Below, piece after piece: positions 20,664-30,266 of a DNA stretch of 64,000 nt (positions are counted from its first letter, which is position 1; every line of letters starts with the position of its first letter). The notes under the pieces were generated by a model. The model was given only the letters and a program-made list of their open reading frames with translations, was not told where the DNA came from and searched no databases. The DNA comes from an uncultured Candidatus Binatia bacterium (GTDB lineage: Bacteria > Desulfobacterota > Binatia > UBA9968 > CAXXLF01). Position numbers and translations under genes: made by a program. The stretch is taken from the NCBI GenBank assembly GCA_965218425.1, contig OZ244621.1, forward strand, positions 4,192,001 through 4,256,000, written 5' to 3'.

Positions 20664-22007
20664 TTACCGGGTTCCTTCCAGGGCAACATCGAGAAATAGC
20701 GCCGCGGTCCAGGAAAAGTTATCGGTTCCGTAGCCTTTCCCGGTGTAGGGATCGAAGTACTCGTAGAATCCGTAGCGTTTGACCAGAGTAATCATGTCGC
20801 GGCGCACGCTTTCGGCTTTTTCTTGAAAGCCATACCGGCTGAGTCCCTGCAACAACAGCCAATTGGTATTGATCCAGACCGGACCTCGCCAGTAGTTGGA
20901 GGTGTCCAGATAATCCCCTTCCAGATTATAGTTCGGTATGGAAAAGCAACGCGCATCATCCATGGTGCAAAAGGCCCGTGACTCGAGAAACTCGTACATG
21001 ACTTTGGCTTGTGCATCTGTAGGAGCGCCGCACAGTAAGGGCATAAATCCCGCCGCGGTCAATGTCCCGATGGGCTCTCCGGCGCGCAGATCAAAAACGT
21101 CAAACGCTCCATGGTTAGCGTGCCAGAGCTTGTCCCTTAGGGATTGTGCCGTCTGATCATACCATTCTCGGATCTGGGCCGTGTCCTTTCCCAAGGTCTT
21201 TCCGATTTCCATCAGATCCTCCTCAGCCTTACAGAGAATACTGTTCAATAGCGGTTCCTGTATCAGAAACGGGCACTCCTGGTAGATGGCCTTTTCGTCG
21301 TAGTTCAATCTTCTAAATAGATCCACAAGAAACACGTACCGATCGTAGTCGTCATCCGACGGCCGCTGAGACCTTGGAATACCCTTTTTTAAATCCTGCC
21401 GTTGGTAGGAAGGCAGCGTCGTTTTGTCAATCTTCATGGCCTTCAAAGGAGGGTCCCAGGTTGGGGCATTGTCCAAACCCGATTCCCACGGGTGACGGAT
21501 ATAGACAAGCCCTTCTCCTTCTGGATCTCGATCACGGAAGAAAAACTCATGCAATTTAAAGATTCGAGGGTAAAGATACTCCAACCATTCTCGAGCGCTA
21601 TCGCCGTCCCGTGCATGACTCAAGACGCTGAGAGCAGCCATGGCATGCACCGGTGGCATGGTAATCCCTGAAGTGAGGACGTTTTCAGGGTAATGGCGCG
21701 AGCGCTCCCCTTGCCAGAAGTCGGGTTCAGGAAAATACCCTCCCAAGACCTTAGGGTTGAATACAATCTGGGGAAGCATCCCGTTGTGCCATTGACCGGC
21801 AAAGAGCGAGGAAAGCTCCTGCTGCGCCCTAAACTGATCATATCGCGCATATCCAATGGCAATGAACCCGGAATCCCAGTTCCATTGATGGGGATAAAGA
21901 TGGGGCGAAGGCTTGGTGGACTGACCTAGCCAATTTCCATCCAAAACCGCCTTGGCCCGGTGGATCAGATCGTCCAATGTCTCAGCCATTCCTTTTGCTA
22001 CTTCCAT
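20664..22007 (-). CDS. GH63-like glycoside hydrolase (glucosyl-/mannosylglycerate hydrolase-like)
   Basis: YPHQWNWDS, WESGLDN, YWRGPVW, FYEYF, FSWTAAL. Confidence 0.88.
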   Translation of the reverse strand: MEVAKGMAETLDDLIHRAKAVLDGNWLGQSTKPSPHLYPHQWNWDSGFIAIGYARYDQFRAQQELSSLFAGQWHNGMLPQIVFNPKVLGGYFPEPDFWQGERSRHYPENVLTSGITMPPVHAMAALSVLSHARDGDSAREWLEYLYPRIFKLHEFFFRDRDPEGEGLVYIRHPWESGLDNAPTWDPPLKAMKIDKTTLPSYQRQDLKKGIPRSQRPSDDDYDRYVFLVDLFRRLNYDEKAIYQECPFLIQEPLLNSILCKAEEDLMEIGKTLGKDTAQIREWYDQTAQSLRDKLWHANHGAFDVFDLRAGEPIGTLTAAGFMPLLCGAPTDAQAKVMYEFLESRAFCTMDDARCFSIPNYNLEGDYLDTSNYWRGPVWINTNWLLLQGLSRYGFQEKAESVRRDMITLVKRYGFYEYFDPYTGKGYGTDNFSWTAALFLDVALEGTR

Positions 22008-22160
22008 GTCTTACTGTCTTCAACTTACCAGTGGCCTGCATACAACTAAAGACAACAGACCTCCTGTCCTGCAAGAGTAACAATCGCTACAGAGGATACG
22101 CTCCTGACAGGCTGGAAAGGGGGATCAGTTGACCGCCGCAAGAGAACGATGGTCAACGGA

Positions 22161-22563
22161 TTATGCAGGAACCGTGTTCAGAATACCAGTGAACTGCTTC
22201 AGTAGCCTCTCGATGCAGTCGCTCATCTCCTTAACCGTGAATGGCTTTGCTATAAAATCGTCACACCCGCTGCGAAAACAATTTCTCTTGTCGTCCATGG
22301 TGACCCCAGCCGTCATTGCCAGGATCAGTATGAAACGGGTTTCTGGATTCTCTCGAATCACACGGGTAGTCTGAGACCGTCCATCACAGGCAGCATGATG
22401 TCCATCAAGATGGGATCTGGCATTTGAGAAATGGCCAAATCCACTGCCTCATTACCGTTTACCGCCACAACCGTGTCATAGCCCAATCGGTCGAGAAACG
22501 TTCGAATGATAAGGCACAGATCCATATCATCGTCCACGATGAGGATTTTTTTCTCATTCTCAT
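22161..22563 (-). pseudogene. Single-domain response regulator, frameshifted
   Basis: KKILIVDDD...ILMDIMLPVMDGL in one frame and TTRVIRENPET...AMTA...GCDDFIAKPF in another; about one base is missing near 22372-22374. Confidence 0.85.
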
Positions 22564-22770
22564 TATGAGACCACCTAAAGTTTACTTAACGGCAAAAGGG
22601 ATGCCATGCCATAACCAGATGATTTTTAATGGCTATTTTTTTGGGACGATAATTGAGGCTGTTCCATTGATGCAAAAATATGGAAAAAATGACTTACCCA
22701 TGGCATCCTAAATGATTTCCTATATTCCCTTCGCTGCCGGCGGAATAATCAACACTAGCATAACAAGGCT

Positions 22771-23060
22771 ATGGGGAGCTTTGAATTGGAAACCATGATT
22801 GACGAAATAGATCTTCTAAATAAAAACGTGACCGTGACACTAGGTGACTATAGGGAAACCATTGCTGGGGCGAATTCGTCAGGGAAGACGGCAAATTGCA
22901 ATACAAAAACAAATCTGGAGGCATCACGCAAATCCAAATCCGTGATGATGGAAGATATACCGTTAAAGCCAAAAGATCAGACGTAGGTAGCCTGAGTCGA
23001 GTGAACCCCATAAATTTCCACCTACAGATGGGCGACTACCAAGGCTACCAATGCCCCTTT
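22771..23060 (+). pseudogene. Frameshifted remnant of a beta-rich domain of unknown function
   Basis: NVTVTLGDYRETI continues plausibly as GEFVREDGKLQYKNKSGGITQIQIRDDGRYTVKAK after a frame change near 22868. Confidence 0.35.
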
Positions 23061-23128
23061 GACCGCATTTTTGATAGGCAGTCCTGTGGACCATTGCGTC
23101 TGCGTCCCCCGCAGGGGCCTTCGATGGG

Positions 23129-24205
23129 TTAACTCAGTCCGAAGAGCGCCTTGGGATTATCATAGATAATCTTGCCGTATTGCGCCGCGCTGATACCGCC
23201 GTGGTTTTTCAAGTTGCGCAGGGCCTCGATCTCCGTGGATTGATCGTTGTGGCCGTAATCGGTGCCAATGACGATATTGTCCTCCCCTGAATATTTGAAA
23301 ACCTGGTCCACATCATCATCGGTCTGGCACGACACGTATTGCCGGTATTCCTTCATGGGATTATCTGGCAGCGTTTTTCCCGCCGCCCCCCAGCGCCTCT
23401 GCAGATCCTTAATCACATAAGGGATCCACTGCGCCGCTGCCTCGGCCCAATGAAACCGAAGCTTGGGAAATAGCATCGGCACCTCGCTCATGATCACTGA
23501 ATGAAACGCGCCGATCACGGGTATGCGGAACTTCCAGAAGCTGCCGCCGCCGTTGTACTGCGAGACCAGGTCGATGTTTTGCGGGTTGCCGTTGCCCACG
23601 TGAACGCCCACGGCCAGGTCGAGACGACTCGTTTCCTCGTATAGAGGATAAAAATAGGGGTCGGTAATGAGTCGATGGCCTTCCAGGCCGCGCATAAACA
23701 CACCGCAGGCTCCGTTGGACTTGCAAAACTTGAGCTCCTCCAGCGCCGCACTCATATCAAGGAGCGGCAGAACACAGATCCACCTGAGCCGTCCCTGACC
23801 CTGCCGGTGAATGTCGGCCAGCCAACGGTTGTAGCCCTTGCAGATGGCGATTTCCCATTCCACTTTGTCGGTTACCTGCTCGATGAACATGGTGGGATAG
23901 AGCACCTGGACATCGATCCCTAATTGATCCATATGCTTGAGGCGGGCGGGAACGTTTTCCATCTCTCGGGTTTCACGCGTAGTCGCCATGTCGCGGCCCG
24001 TGCGCTCTGCAATCTCATGGAGCTGCTGGGCAGTCAAAACCACGCGTACCAAACCGCGAATCTTACTCTCCACGAACCAGTATTCTCCGCCCCCCTTACC
24101 TTGCGGCCGGACGATGAGGGGCCGATACTTCTGGTGGGCCGGATCCATGAAATCCCATGTACGCTCCGATTCCACAACATGAGCATCGGCATCAATGGTC
24201 GGCAT
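23129..24205 (-). CDS. Amidohydrolase-2 family protein
   Basis: IDADAH, QVLYPT, GYNRWL, VGVH, GTDYGH, NPKALF; GGGAGG RBS. Confidence 0.92.
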   Translation of the reverse strand: MPTIDADAHVVESERTWDFMDPAHQKYRPLIVRPQGKGGGEYWFVESKIRGLVRVVLTAQQLHEIAERTGRDMATTRETREMENVPARLKHMDQLGIDVQVLYPTMFIEQVTDKVEWEIAICKGYNRWLADIHRQGQGRLRWICVLPLLDMSAALEELKFCKSNGACGVFMRGLEGHRLITDPYFYPLYEETSRLDLAVGVHVGNGNPQNIDLVSQYNGGGSFWKFRIPVIGAFHSVIMSEVPMLFPKLRFHWAEAAAQWIPYVIKDLQRRWGAAGKTLPDNPMKEYRQYVSCQTDDDVDQVFKYSGEDNIVIGTDYGHNDQSTEIEALRNLKNHGGISAAQYGKIIYDNPKALFGLS

Positions 24206-24253
24206 GGCGTGCAACCTCCCTTCCGCCTGACAGAAACTCCTTGACGGGCAAGA

Positions 24254-24282
24254 ATTTTAAACCCGCAGGGCGCCCATGTCAA
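24254..24282 (-). promoter_or_regulatory. Putative sigma70 promoter
   Basis: TTGACA-17 bp-TAAAAT upstream of the 24205 amidohydrolase. Confidence 0.6.
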
Positions 24283-24500
24283 TTTCCAGAACTAACAAAT
24301 TTGCCACTTGTGAAATCTCATGACTCGATTGTTGAATCAACCAAGCTTTCGTTTGTCAGCAAGGCGGTCCGTTCGAAAGCAAGAAAAAATAGATATTCAA
24401 ATTTGGCTTCAGAGACTACCCAACGAATTGCAAAAGGTGCGATTTTGACACCCACCCGGTTCCGTGATAGTCGTTGCTGATCCATTAACCTGGAATACCC

Positions 24501-25721
24501 TTGATAAATAAAAAAATCGCAGTTGTTTTGTCTCTGGCATTTCTGGTCACCTTCGGCTATGGCCTCATCCTGCCGAGCTTATCCCTTTACGCCCACTCTC
24601 TGGGTGCAAGCCGTTCTTTTATCGGCATCATTGTCTCCATCTACGCCCTGGCCCAGCTTTTAACCCAGATTCCGGCGGGTCGATACGCGGACCGTCTCGG
24701 CCAGAAAACCCTGTTGATTCTTGGCTTTACCGGGATATCCGTGGCCGCCATGCTCAATAATTTTGGCACCGGCCCAAACCATTTCTTTGTATTCCAGGCC
24801 CTGGCGGGTGCATCTACAGGTTGCCTCTGGCCATCCCTTATGGCGGTGCTCAGTGAAGAGTCCAGGCCCAACACCAGAGGAAAGCTCATGGGGACTTTCG
24901 GTACGATCTTCTTCTTGGGCATGGGCGTTGGACCTTATGTTGGCGGCCAAATCTCCACCACCTACGGATTTCTGGCGTCATTTAACCTGTGGTCGTTGAG
25001 TGCGGTTGCGGGTGGAATAGTCAGCGCGTTGACTTTGCAGGCGGCACCCAAGAAAACATCAGTTCAAGGATGGGGACAATCCTCAAGTAGATCCGGCAAG
25101 CTGATTCAGCCGGGCTTACTTTCCTCGTTCCTAGTAAGCTGCGTGATGCGCACCCGTGGGGGATTCTGCGCCAGCTTCACCAATTCCATTCTGCCCCTCT
25201 ACGTTGCCGTATTATTCAATGCCACGCCAAAAATGATTGGCACCTTGATGCTGGTGCATTCTCTAGGCTTGGCCTTCTTCAATATTCCGGGAGGTATCGT
25301 CGCCGACCGTGTTGGGTGCAAGTGGCCCGCCATAGCGGGGGCACTGGTAGCCACCTCGGGGGTATTCTGGTACAACTTTCCCAGCGCCTTCTGGATGCTC
25401 ATCGCAGCAGTGGCGCTCGCAGGTGGAGGCTCTGCGTTTGCAACGCCGGCCCTTTCGGCATTGACGGCGGATATCTCCAATCCCGAGAGGCGCGCAGAGG
25501 CGTTTGGCTATTTTCTGACCTCCTTCCACGTGGGCGTGATCATGGGATCAACGATATTTGGTGCGGTGGCCGACTTAATCGATCTCTCGGGTGCGGTTTT
25601 GGCCTGGTCTTTTACCAGCTTCTTGTTATCCCTCCTCGGGTTTCTGATTCGTGAGCGCGGCTCGGTGCCTGTCACAGTCACCCTACCCCAAGAAACAGCC
25701 CCGGGTGCCGCTCACTCCTAA
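24501..25721 (+). CDS. MFS transporter
   Basis: About 12 hydrophobic segments; motif A GRYADRLGQK and GIVADRVG. Confidence 0.92.
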   Translation: MINKKIAVVLSLAFLVTFGYGLILPSLSLYAHSLGASRSFIGIIVSIYALAQLLTQIPAGRYADRLGQKTLLILGFTGISVAAMLNNFGTGPNHFFVFQALAGASTGCLWPSLMAVLSEESRPNTRGKLMGTFGTIFFLGMGVGPYVGGQISTTYGFLASFNLWSLSAVAGGIVSALTLQAAPKKTSVQGWGQSSSRSGKLIQPGLLSSFLVSCVMRTRGGFCASFTNSILPLYVAVLFNATPKMIGTLMLVHSLGLAFFNIPGGIVADRVGCKWPAIAGALVATSGVFWYNFPSAFWMLIAAVALAGGGSAFATPALSALTADISNPERRAEAFGYFLTSFHVGVIMGSTIFGAVADLIDLSGAVLAWSFTSFLLSLLGFLIRERGSVPVTVTLPQETAPGAAHS

Positions 25722-25929
25722 ACCCATCTCACTGCTTTCCCTCCGCCCCCAACGAAACCGTGATTTATAAAATCTCTGAAGGGAACGTGTGGCTCGATAC
25801 CGAGTTGTGGGCATTTATGGCGATTGGTTGATGATAAAGTCTAAACACGGCAAGATGCCCGGCTTTATTAGAAAACAAGCCTCGCTTCCATAAGAAACCA
25901 GCTAACTATTCCTTTTGCGGACGGCTGCT

Positions 25930-26055
25930 CTCATCCCTCTTCCCTTGAAACTCAACACTCTTCTTGTCTTTTTCTAAACCCTATCCCCAACACCCTACTC
26001 CCTAGTCTTGACCCTTTCATCCTTTGATTACGATCCCGAACACGCCCCTCCCCTG
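25930..26055 (+). repeat. Pyrimidine-rich mosaic of degenerate short tandem repeats
   Basis: actcaacact, ctaaaccctatccccaacaccctactcccta, cctttgattacgatcccgaacacg (22/24 identical to 2905-2928). Confidence 0.6.
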
Positions 26056-26176
26056 AGAGCGTGTGAGCAAATTGCTAGTATGCGGTATTGAAACAGCAGT
26101 TCCTTTACCGTCTGATTGTCTGAATTTGACAAACGAGGTGTTTGTCTAATATTTTCTTTCCAGGTTGGAGACGCTC

Positions 26177-27736
26177 ATGAGCCAGACTGATTCGGAGACT
26201 AGCAAGGTGAACTGGGACTACACTGCGGATGTCGTCGTGGTTGGGACGGGGGCGGCGGGCCTCCCGGCTGCCGTTATGGCACGGGATCTCGGGGTCAATG
26301 TAATCGCTGTTGAGGAGAACCATGATATCGGCGGTCACGGGATGTTAAGCGGTGGGAGACTCCCCCTTGGTGGCGGGACGAGTTTTCAAAAGAAGTATGG
26401 CATCGAGGATTCGGTGGACCAGGTCTTTTTAGACCACACGACTTACCTCAGCCTCCAAGCCAAGTACAGTGACAGAGACCTTGTAAGCGTTTGGGCCGAG
26501 GAAAATGTTCCGACGTTTGAGTTTCTGGTGGACAACGGTGTCAAGTTTGCTGATAATCCACCAATAATCGCACCGGACGAGACTGTTCCCAGACTAGCTG
26601 TGATCCGGCCTTACTCAGACAACCTCAACGAAACCATCAATGGCAGGAATGGCTCAGGCCTTGTCAGGCATCTGGAGGCCAGTGCCCGTGCAAAGGGCGT
26701 GCAGTTTCTACTGAGTCACAAGATGACCCGCATTATTAGAGAATGCGACATCACCGGAAGGGTGCTTGGAATCAGAGCAATCTACCAGGGAAAAGAGGTA
26801 AACATCCAGGCACGACGAGGCGTCATTATCGCTACGGGCGGTCATACCAGCAACGTGGAGTTTCGTAGAATGTTTGACCCTCGGCTGACCGAGGAGTACC
26901 AGACTGCCGGCGAACCCTGGTCCAAACAAACCGGTGACGGAGAGATACTGGCCATGGAAATTGGGGCATCCCTGTGGGGGACTGCCAACCAGACCACGGA
27001 GGGTGGACGAGCTGTTTCCAAAACAAAACACATCGGGTGCCGGTACGGTTATGTCAGCCTGAAGTGGAAGCCTGACAGCCCCATGTTCCATCTCGCCGGC
27101 GCCTCCGGCCTTACCGTAAACGATTGGCAAAACGTAATTCTTGTAAACCAGTTGGGCTTGAGATTCTGGGATGAGCTCGATGATTCATACGCGTTTCTAA
27201 ATGCTGCCCTGGGACTGAATGGGAATGAAACCAACGGGGGTGGACCCATATGGGCGATATTTGACGCAGGTACCGTACAGCGAGAGGGATGGAAACCAAA
27301 GCCGCCCGACATAGATCCCAACGGTTGGTTCTTCAATGCCGACACCATTACCGAGCTAGCCCACAGGATCGTCAACCCATACCAGAAACAGCCTATGCCG
27401 GCGCGCACCTTGGAAGAAACGGTGGCAAAGTACAACTCCTTCGTGGATGCGGGAGAGGATCCGGAGTTTGGCAGAACTCCTCCCCTGTATAAAATTCAGA
27501 CACCACCCTTCTACGCGGCGTGGTCCACACCCATACTCCATGACTCTCTGACTGGACTGAGAATTAACACCAAGTGCCAGGTAATTGACATGAAGGGTCA
27601 GGCCATCCCGGGCCTGTACTGCGCCGGGGAATCGGCGGGTGGATTCGCCTTGCACGGCCTGCCCAGATGCTGTGTCTTTGGCCGCATAGCGGGCAGGGAA
27701 GCTGCCCTTGCCCATGCAGAAAGACCACGACGGTGA
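26177..27736 (+). CDS. FAD-dependent oxidoreductase, flavocytochrome c/3-ketosteroid dehydrogenase superfamily
   Basis: DVVVVGTGAAG, GVIIATGG, TGDG, VNQLGLRF, PPFYA, IPGLYCAGE. Confidence 0.9.
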   Translation: MSQTDSETSKVNWDYTADVVVVGTGAAGLPAAVMARDLGVNVIAVEENHDIGGHGMLSGGRLPLGGGTSFQKKYGIEDSVDQVFLDHTTYLSLQAKYSDRDLVSVWAEENVPTFEFLVDNGVKFADNPPIIAPDETVPRLAVIRPYSDNLNETINGRNGSGLVRHLEASARAKGVQFLLSHKMTRIIRECDITGRVLGIRAIYQGKEVNIQARRGVIIATGGHTSNVEFRRMFDPRLTEEYQTAGEPWSKQTGDGEILAMEIGASLWGTANQTTEGGRAVSKTKHIGCRYGYVSLKWKPDSPMFHLAGASGLTVNDWQNVILVNQLGLRFWDELDDSYAFLNAALGLNGNETNGGGPIWAIFDAGTVQREGWKPKPPDIDPNGWFFNADTITELAHRIVNPYQKQPMPARTLEETVAKYNSFVDAGEDPEFGRTPPLYKIQTPPFYAAWSTPILHDSLTGLRINTKCQVIDMKGQAIPGLYCAGESAGGFALHGLPRCCVFGRIAGREAALAHAERPRR

Positions 27737-27740
27737 GGTT

Positions 27741-28856
27741 ATGGCAAAAAACGGTTCAAAGATCCTCGACAGTGATATGCATGTGTTTGAGCCCCCTGAC
27801 CTGTACTTGAAATACATGGATCCTAAATGGGGGGACCGCATCCCCAGGGCGGAGCCCAGGAAAAAGCACGGGGCGACCCGGTACAGGCTGGGGGATGGAA
27901 CACCCATCCGATCCCCCAGTCGTGCGGTTGTTTTCCATGAAGAGAAAAACGCCCACCGTTACGACAAACCCCTAAGTAGGAACTATGACCCGGCTTCCCA
28001 ACTCGACGCCATGGACGTGGAGGGCCTGGACGCGGCGGTACTATTCCGCACCTCCCCCTTACATACCGACGAGACCTTCGAGGCAGAGTACGCCAATGAC
28101 CTCTGTCGTGCTTGGAACAGTTGGATGAGCGACTTTTGTAAGGAAGATCCTAAAAGGCTCATGGGTTCAGCGTTGATTACTCTGCACGATGTAAACCTTG
28201 CCGTGGAGGAAGCGCGACGGGCGGTTAAGGAATTGGGCGCGGTGGGTTTGTCCCTGTGCCCGGAGCCCATCAACGGTAGGCAAATCCACGACTTCTACTT
28301 TGATCCGCTATGGGCGGAGGCAGAGCGGTTAGGAGTACCCATTTGTTTTCATCCACCCGCCAACCCCAACCAGCTTCAGGTCTCACAGCGTTTCAAAGGT
28401 CATCCCAATCAAGACCTTCTGGTCAATCCACTTCGCAACCCCGTTGAACTGATATTGGCCGTTAGCAGCTTCTGCGCCGGCGGAGTTCTAGAGCGGTTTC
28501 CCAAGATGAATGCGGCTTTTCTCGAAGGGAACTGTGCCTGGCTTCCCTGGCTGCTCTATCGCCTTGATGAATACTGGGAGATCCAGGGGGCCTTGGCCGA
28601 TGTACCGCTTTGCCAAAAGCCGAGCAAGTATTTCCACCAGCAGTGTTTCATTTCGGTGGATGTGGACGAAAGCCTGGTGGTGAAGGTCATTGATTATCTA
28701 GGCGACGACAATATCGTGTTCTCCACCGATTACCCGCACATCGACTCCTGCTGGCCCCACGCAGTGGATAATTTTATGTCTCTTCAGGGGATATCCGAGG
28801 AGTCCAGGCGAAAAATCCTGTGGGACAACTGCGCCAGGCTCTATAACCTTGCATAA
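27741..28856 (+). CDS. Amidohydrolase-2 family protein
   Basis: LDSDMH, RAWNSW, PICFH, FLEGN, FSTDYPH, NCARLY. Confidence 0.92.
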   Translation: MAKNGSKILDSDMHVFEPPDLYLKYMDPKWGDRIPRAEPRKKHGATRYRLGDGTPIRSPSRAVVFHEEKNAHRYDKPLSRNYDPASQLDAMDVEGLDAAVLFRTSPLHTDETFEAEYANDLCRAWNSWMSDFCKEDPKRLMGSALITLHDVNLAVEEARRAVKELGAVGLSLCPEPINGRQIHDFYFDPLWAEAERLGVPICFHPPANPNQLQVSQRFKGHPNQDLLVNPLRNPVELILAVSSFCAGGVLERFPKMNAAFLEGNCAWLPWLLYRLDEYWEIQGALADVPLCQKPSKYFHQQCFISVDVDESLVVKVIDYLGDDNIVFSTDYPHIDSCWPHAVDNFMSLQGISEESRRKILWDNCARLYNLA

Positions 28857-28975
28857 TCCTGTGGTTGTCTGCTACTAGTGCTTGACGGGTCTTTCCCATG
28901 TGATAGGGCTGCTTTCCAATAGCCTCCCCCAGCTTTGACAGGCTTGCAGTGATTTCTGAGGTCATAGAGGGGGAA

Positions 28976-29223
28976 ATGATTCTTCTACAAAAGGTCAGTC
29001 ATCCACGTGAATTTTATTCGCCAGGGTGTGCTGGCTTTGCAGTGGGACGCCTGAGCAGTCTTTTCGCGTGGACGTTACGGAGATGGGCAAGGTCCATGAA
29101 ACACAGATGCGCCGGCCGGGGGTTGAATACATGATGATCGTTCATGACCCGGAACTCCAGAAAAAGCGTCCCGAGGCAGAGAAATTCGTGGAGCAGCTTT
29201 ACAGCAAGCGCCAAGGCGGATAG
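28976..29223 (+). pseudogene. Small hypothetical protein, possibly frameshifted
   Basis: GAGGGGG RBS with ATG at 28976 in one frame; a protein-like CWLC...YMMIVHDPELQKKRPEAEKFVEQLY tail in another. Confidence 0.3.
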
Positions 29224-29403
29224 AGACATCCGCAGAATTATTGAGGAGTAATCGTAGTCCTATTGTCAGTGGTTCGTCGTCGGTTCCCCGTACGCTTTGC
29301 ACTCTGCGCCATGCGTTTTGCAGCTCTGCGTAAATCTGCGGTTAAGTATCCAGGCCTGACTTCGGTGAGGTAGTCCTTGTTCGTCTTGCACCCCGCGTTA
29401 GGC

Positions 29404-30192
29404 TCACGGCTTGTTTTCGAACCCTTGACCTCCCCCGAGTCGCTCTTCCAAACGCGCCAGGGATTCCCGGATATCCGTTAGATCGTCCCTTTCCTGAGTT
29501 GCGGCAGACTGAAGGTTGCTAACGATCACGCCGACGAAGAAGTTGAGCGTGACGAAAGTCCCAAACAGGATGAAGGTGACAAAGTAAATCCAGGCAAAGG
29601 GAGCATGGGGTAACACTTCTTCCATGATCGTGATCCACCCCTCAAGGGTGATCACGCTGAAGAGCGTTAGAACGCTCTGATGCAAAGTAGCGAAATACTT
29701 GGGCGAGATCTCGTTGAAAAGGGAAGTACCAATGGCGGCGTAAACGTACATGAGAAGTCCAAGAAGCATAGCGATGTGACCGAGCGAGGGGAGGCTTCGG
29801 AGCAGCGCGGTCACGATTGTTTGAAGGTTCGGGAGCACGCTCACCGCGCGCAGCACTCTCAATATCCTGAATAGCCGGGCCACGGTAAAAAACTGCGAGG
29901 CGGGAAGATACCCTGTGGCGACGATGACGAGATCGAATACATTCCAGCCGTTCTTGAGGAATACGGCTGGCGAGCCGACGGCCACAAGGCGGAGACTCAG
30001 TTCGAGAGTAAAAAGATAAAGGATCGTGCGATCCGCTAGATCCAGGAGCCACCCAAAGTCGGCCGCAACCTGGGGGTAGGTTTCCAGCCCGACGATGACG
30101 GCGTTCAGGACGATCAAAGAGATTACCACCCGGTGAAAAAACACGGACTCGACAATCGACTCCACCCGGCTTGCCGCAACAGCTTTGTTCAT
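29404..30192 (-). CDS. Voltage-gated ion channel, BacNav/CavMr family (Ion_trans)
   Basis: GWNVFD (S3), RLFRILRVLR (S4 voltage sensor), TLEGW filter, LNFFVGVIV (S6), C-terminal coiled coil. Confidence 0.93.
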   Translation of the reverse strand: MNKAVAASRVESIVESVFFHRVVISLIVLNAVIVGLETYPQVAADFGWLLDLADRTILYLFTLELSLRLVAVGSPAVFLKNGWNVFDLVIVATGYLPASQFFTVARLFRILRVLRAVSVLPNLQTIVTALLRSLPSLGHIAMLLGLLMYVYAAIGTSLFNEISPKYFATLHQSVLTLFSVITLEGWITIMEEVLPHAPFAWIYFVTFILFGTFVTLNFFVGVIVSNLQSAATQERDDLTDIRESLARLEERLGGGQGFENKP

Positions 30193-30266
30193 CTCGCTAG
30201 TTTCCTCCTACGGAACCAGATCAGAGTAAGGAACCGGCTACCTTTTAATGACTTATGACCGATCGG

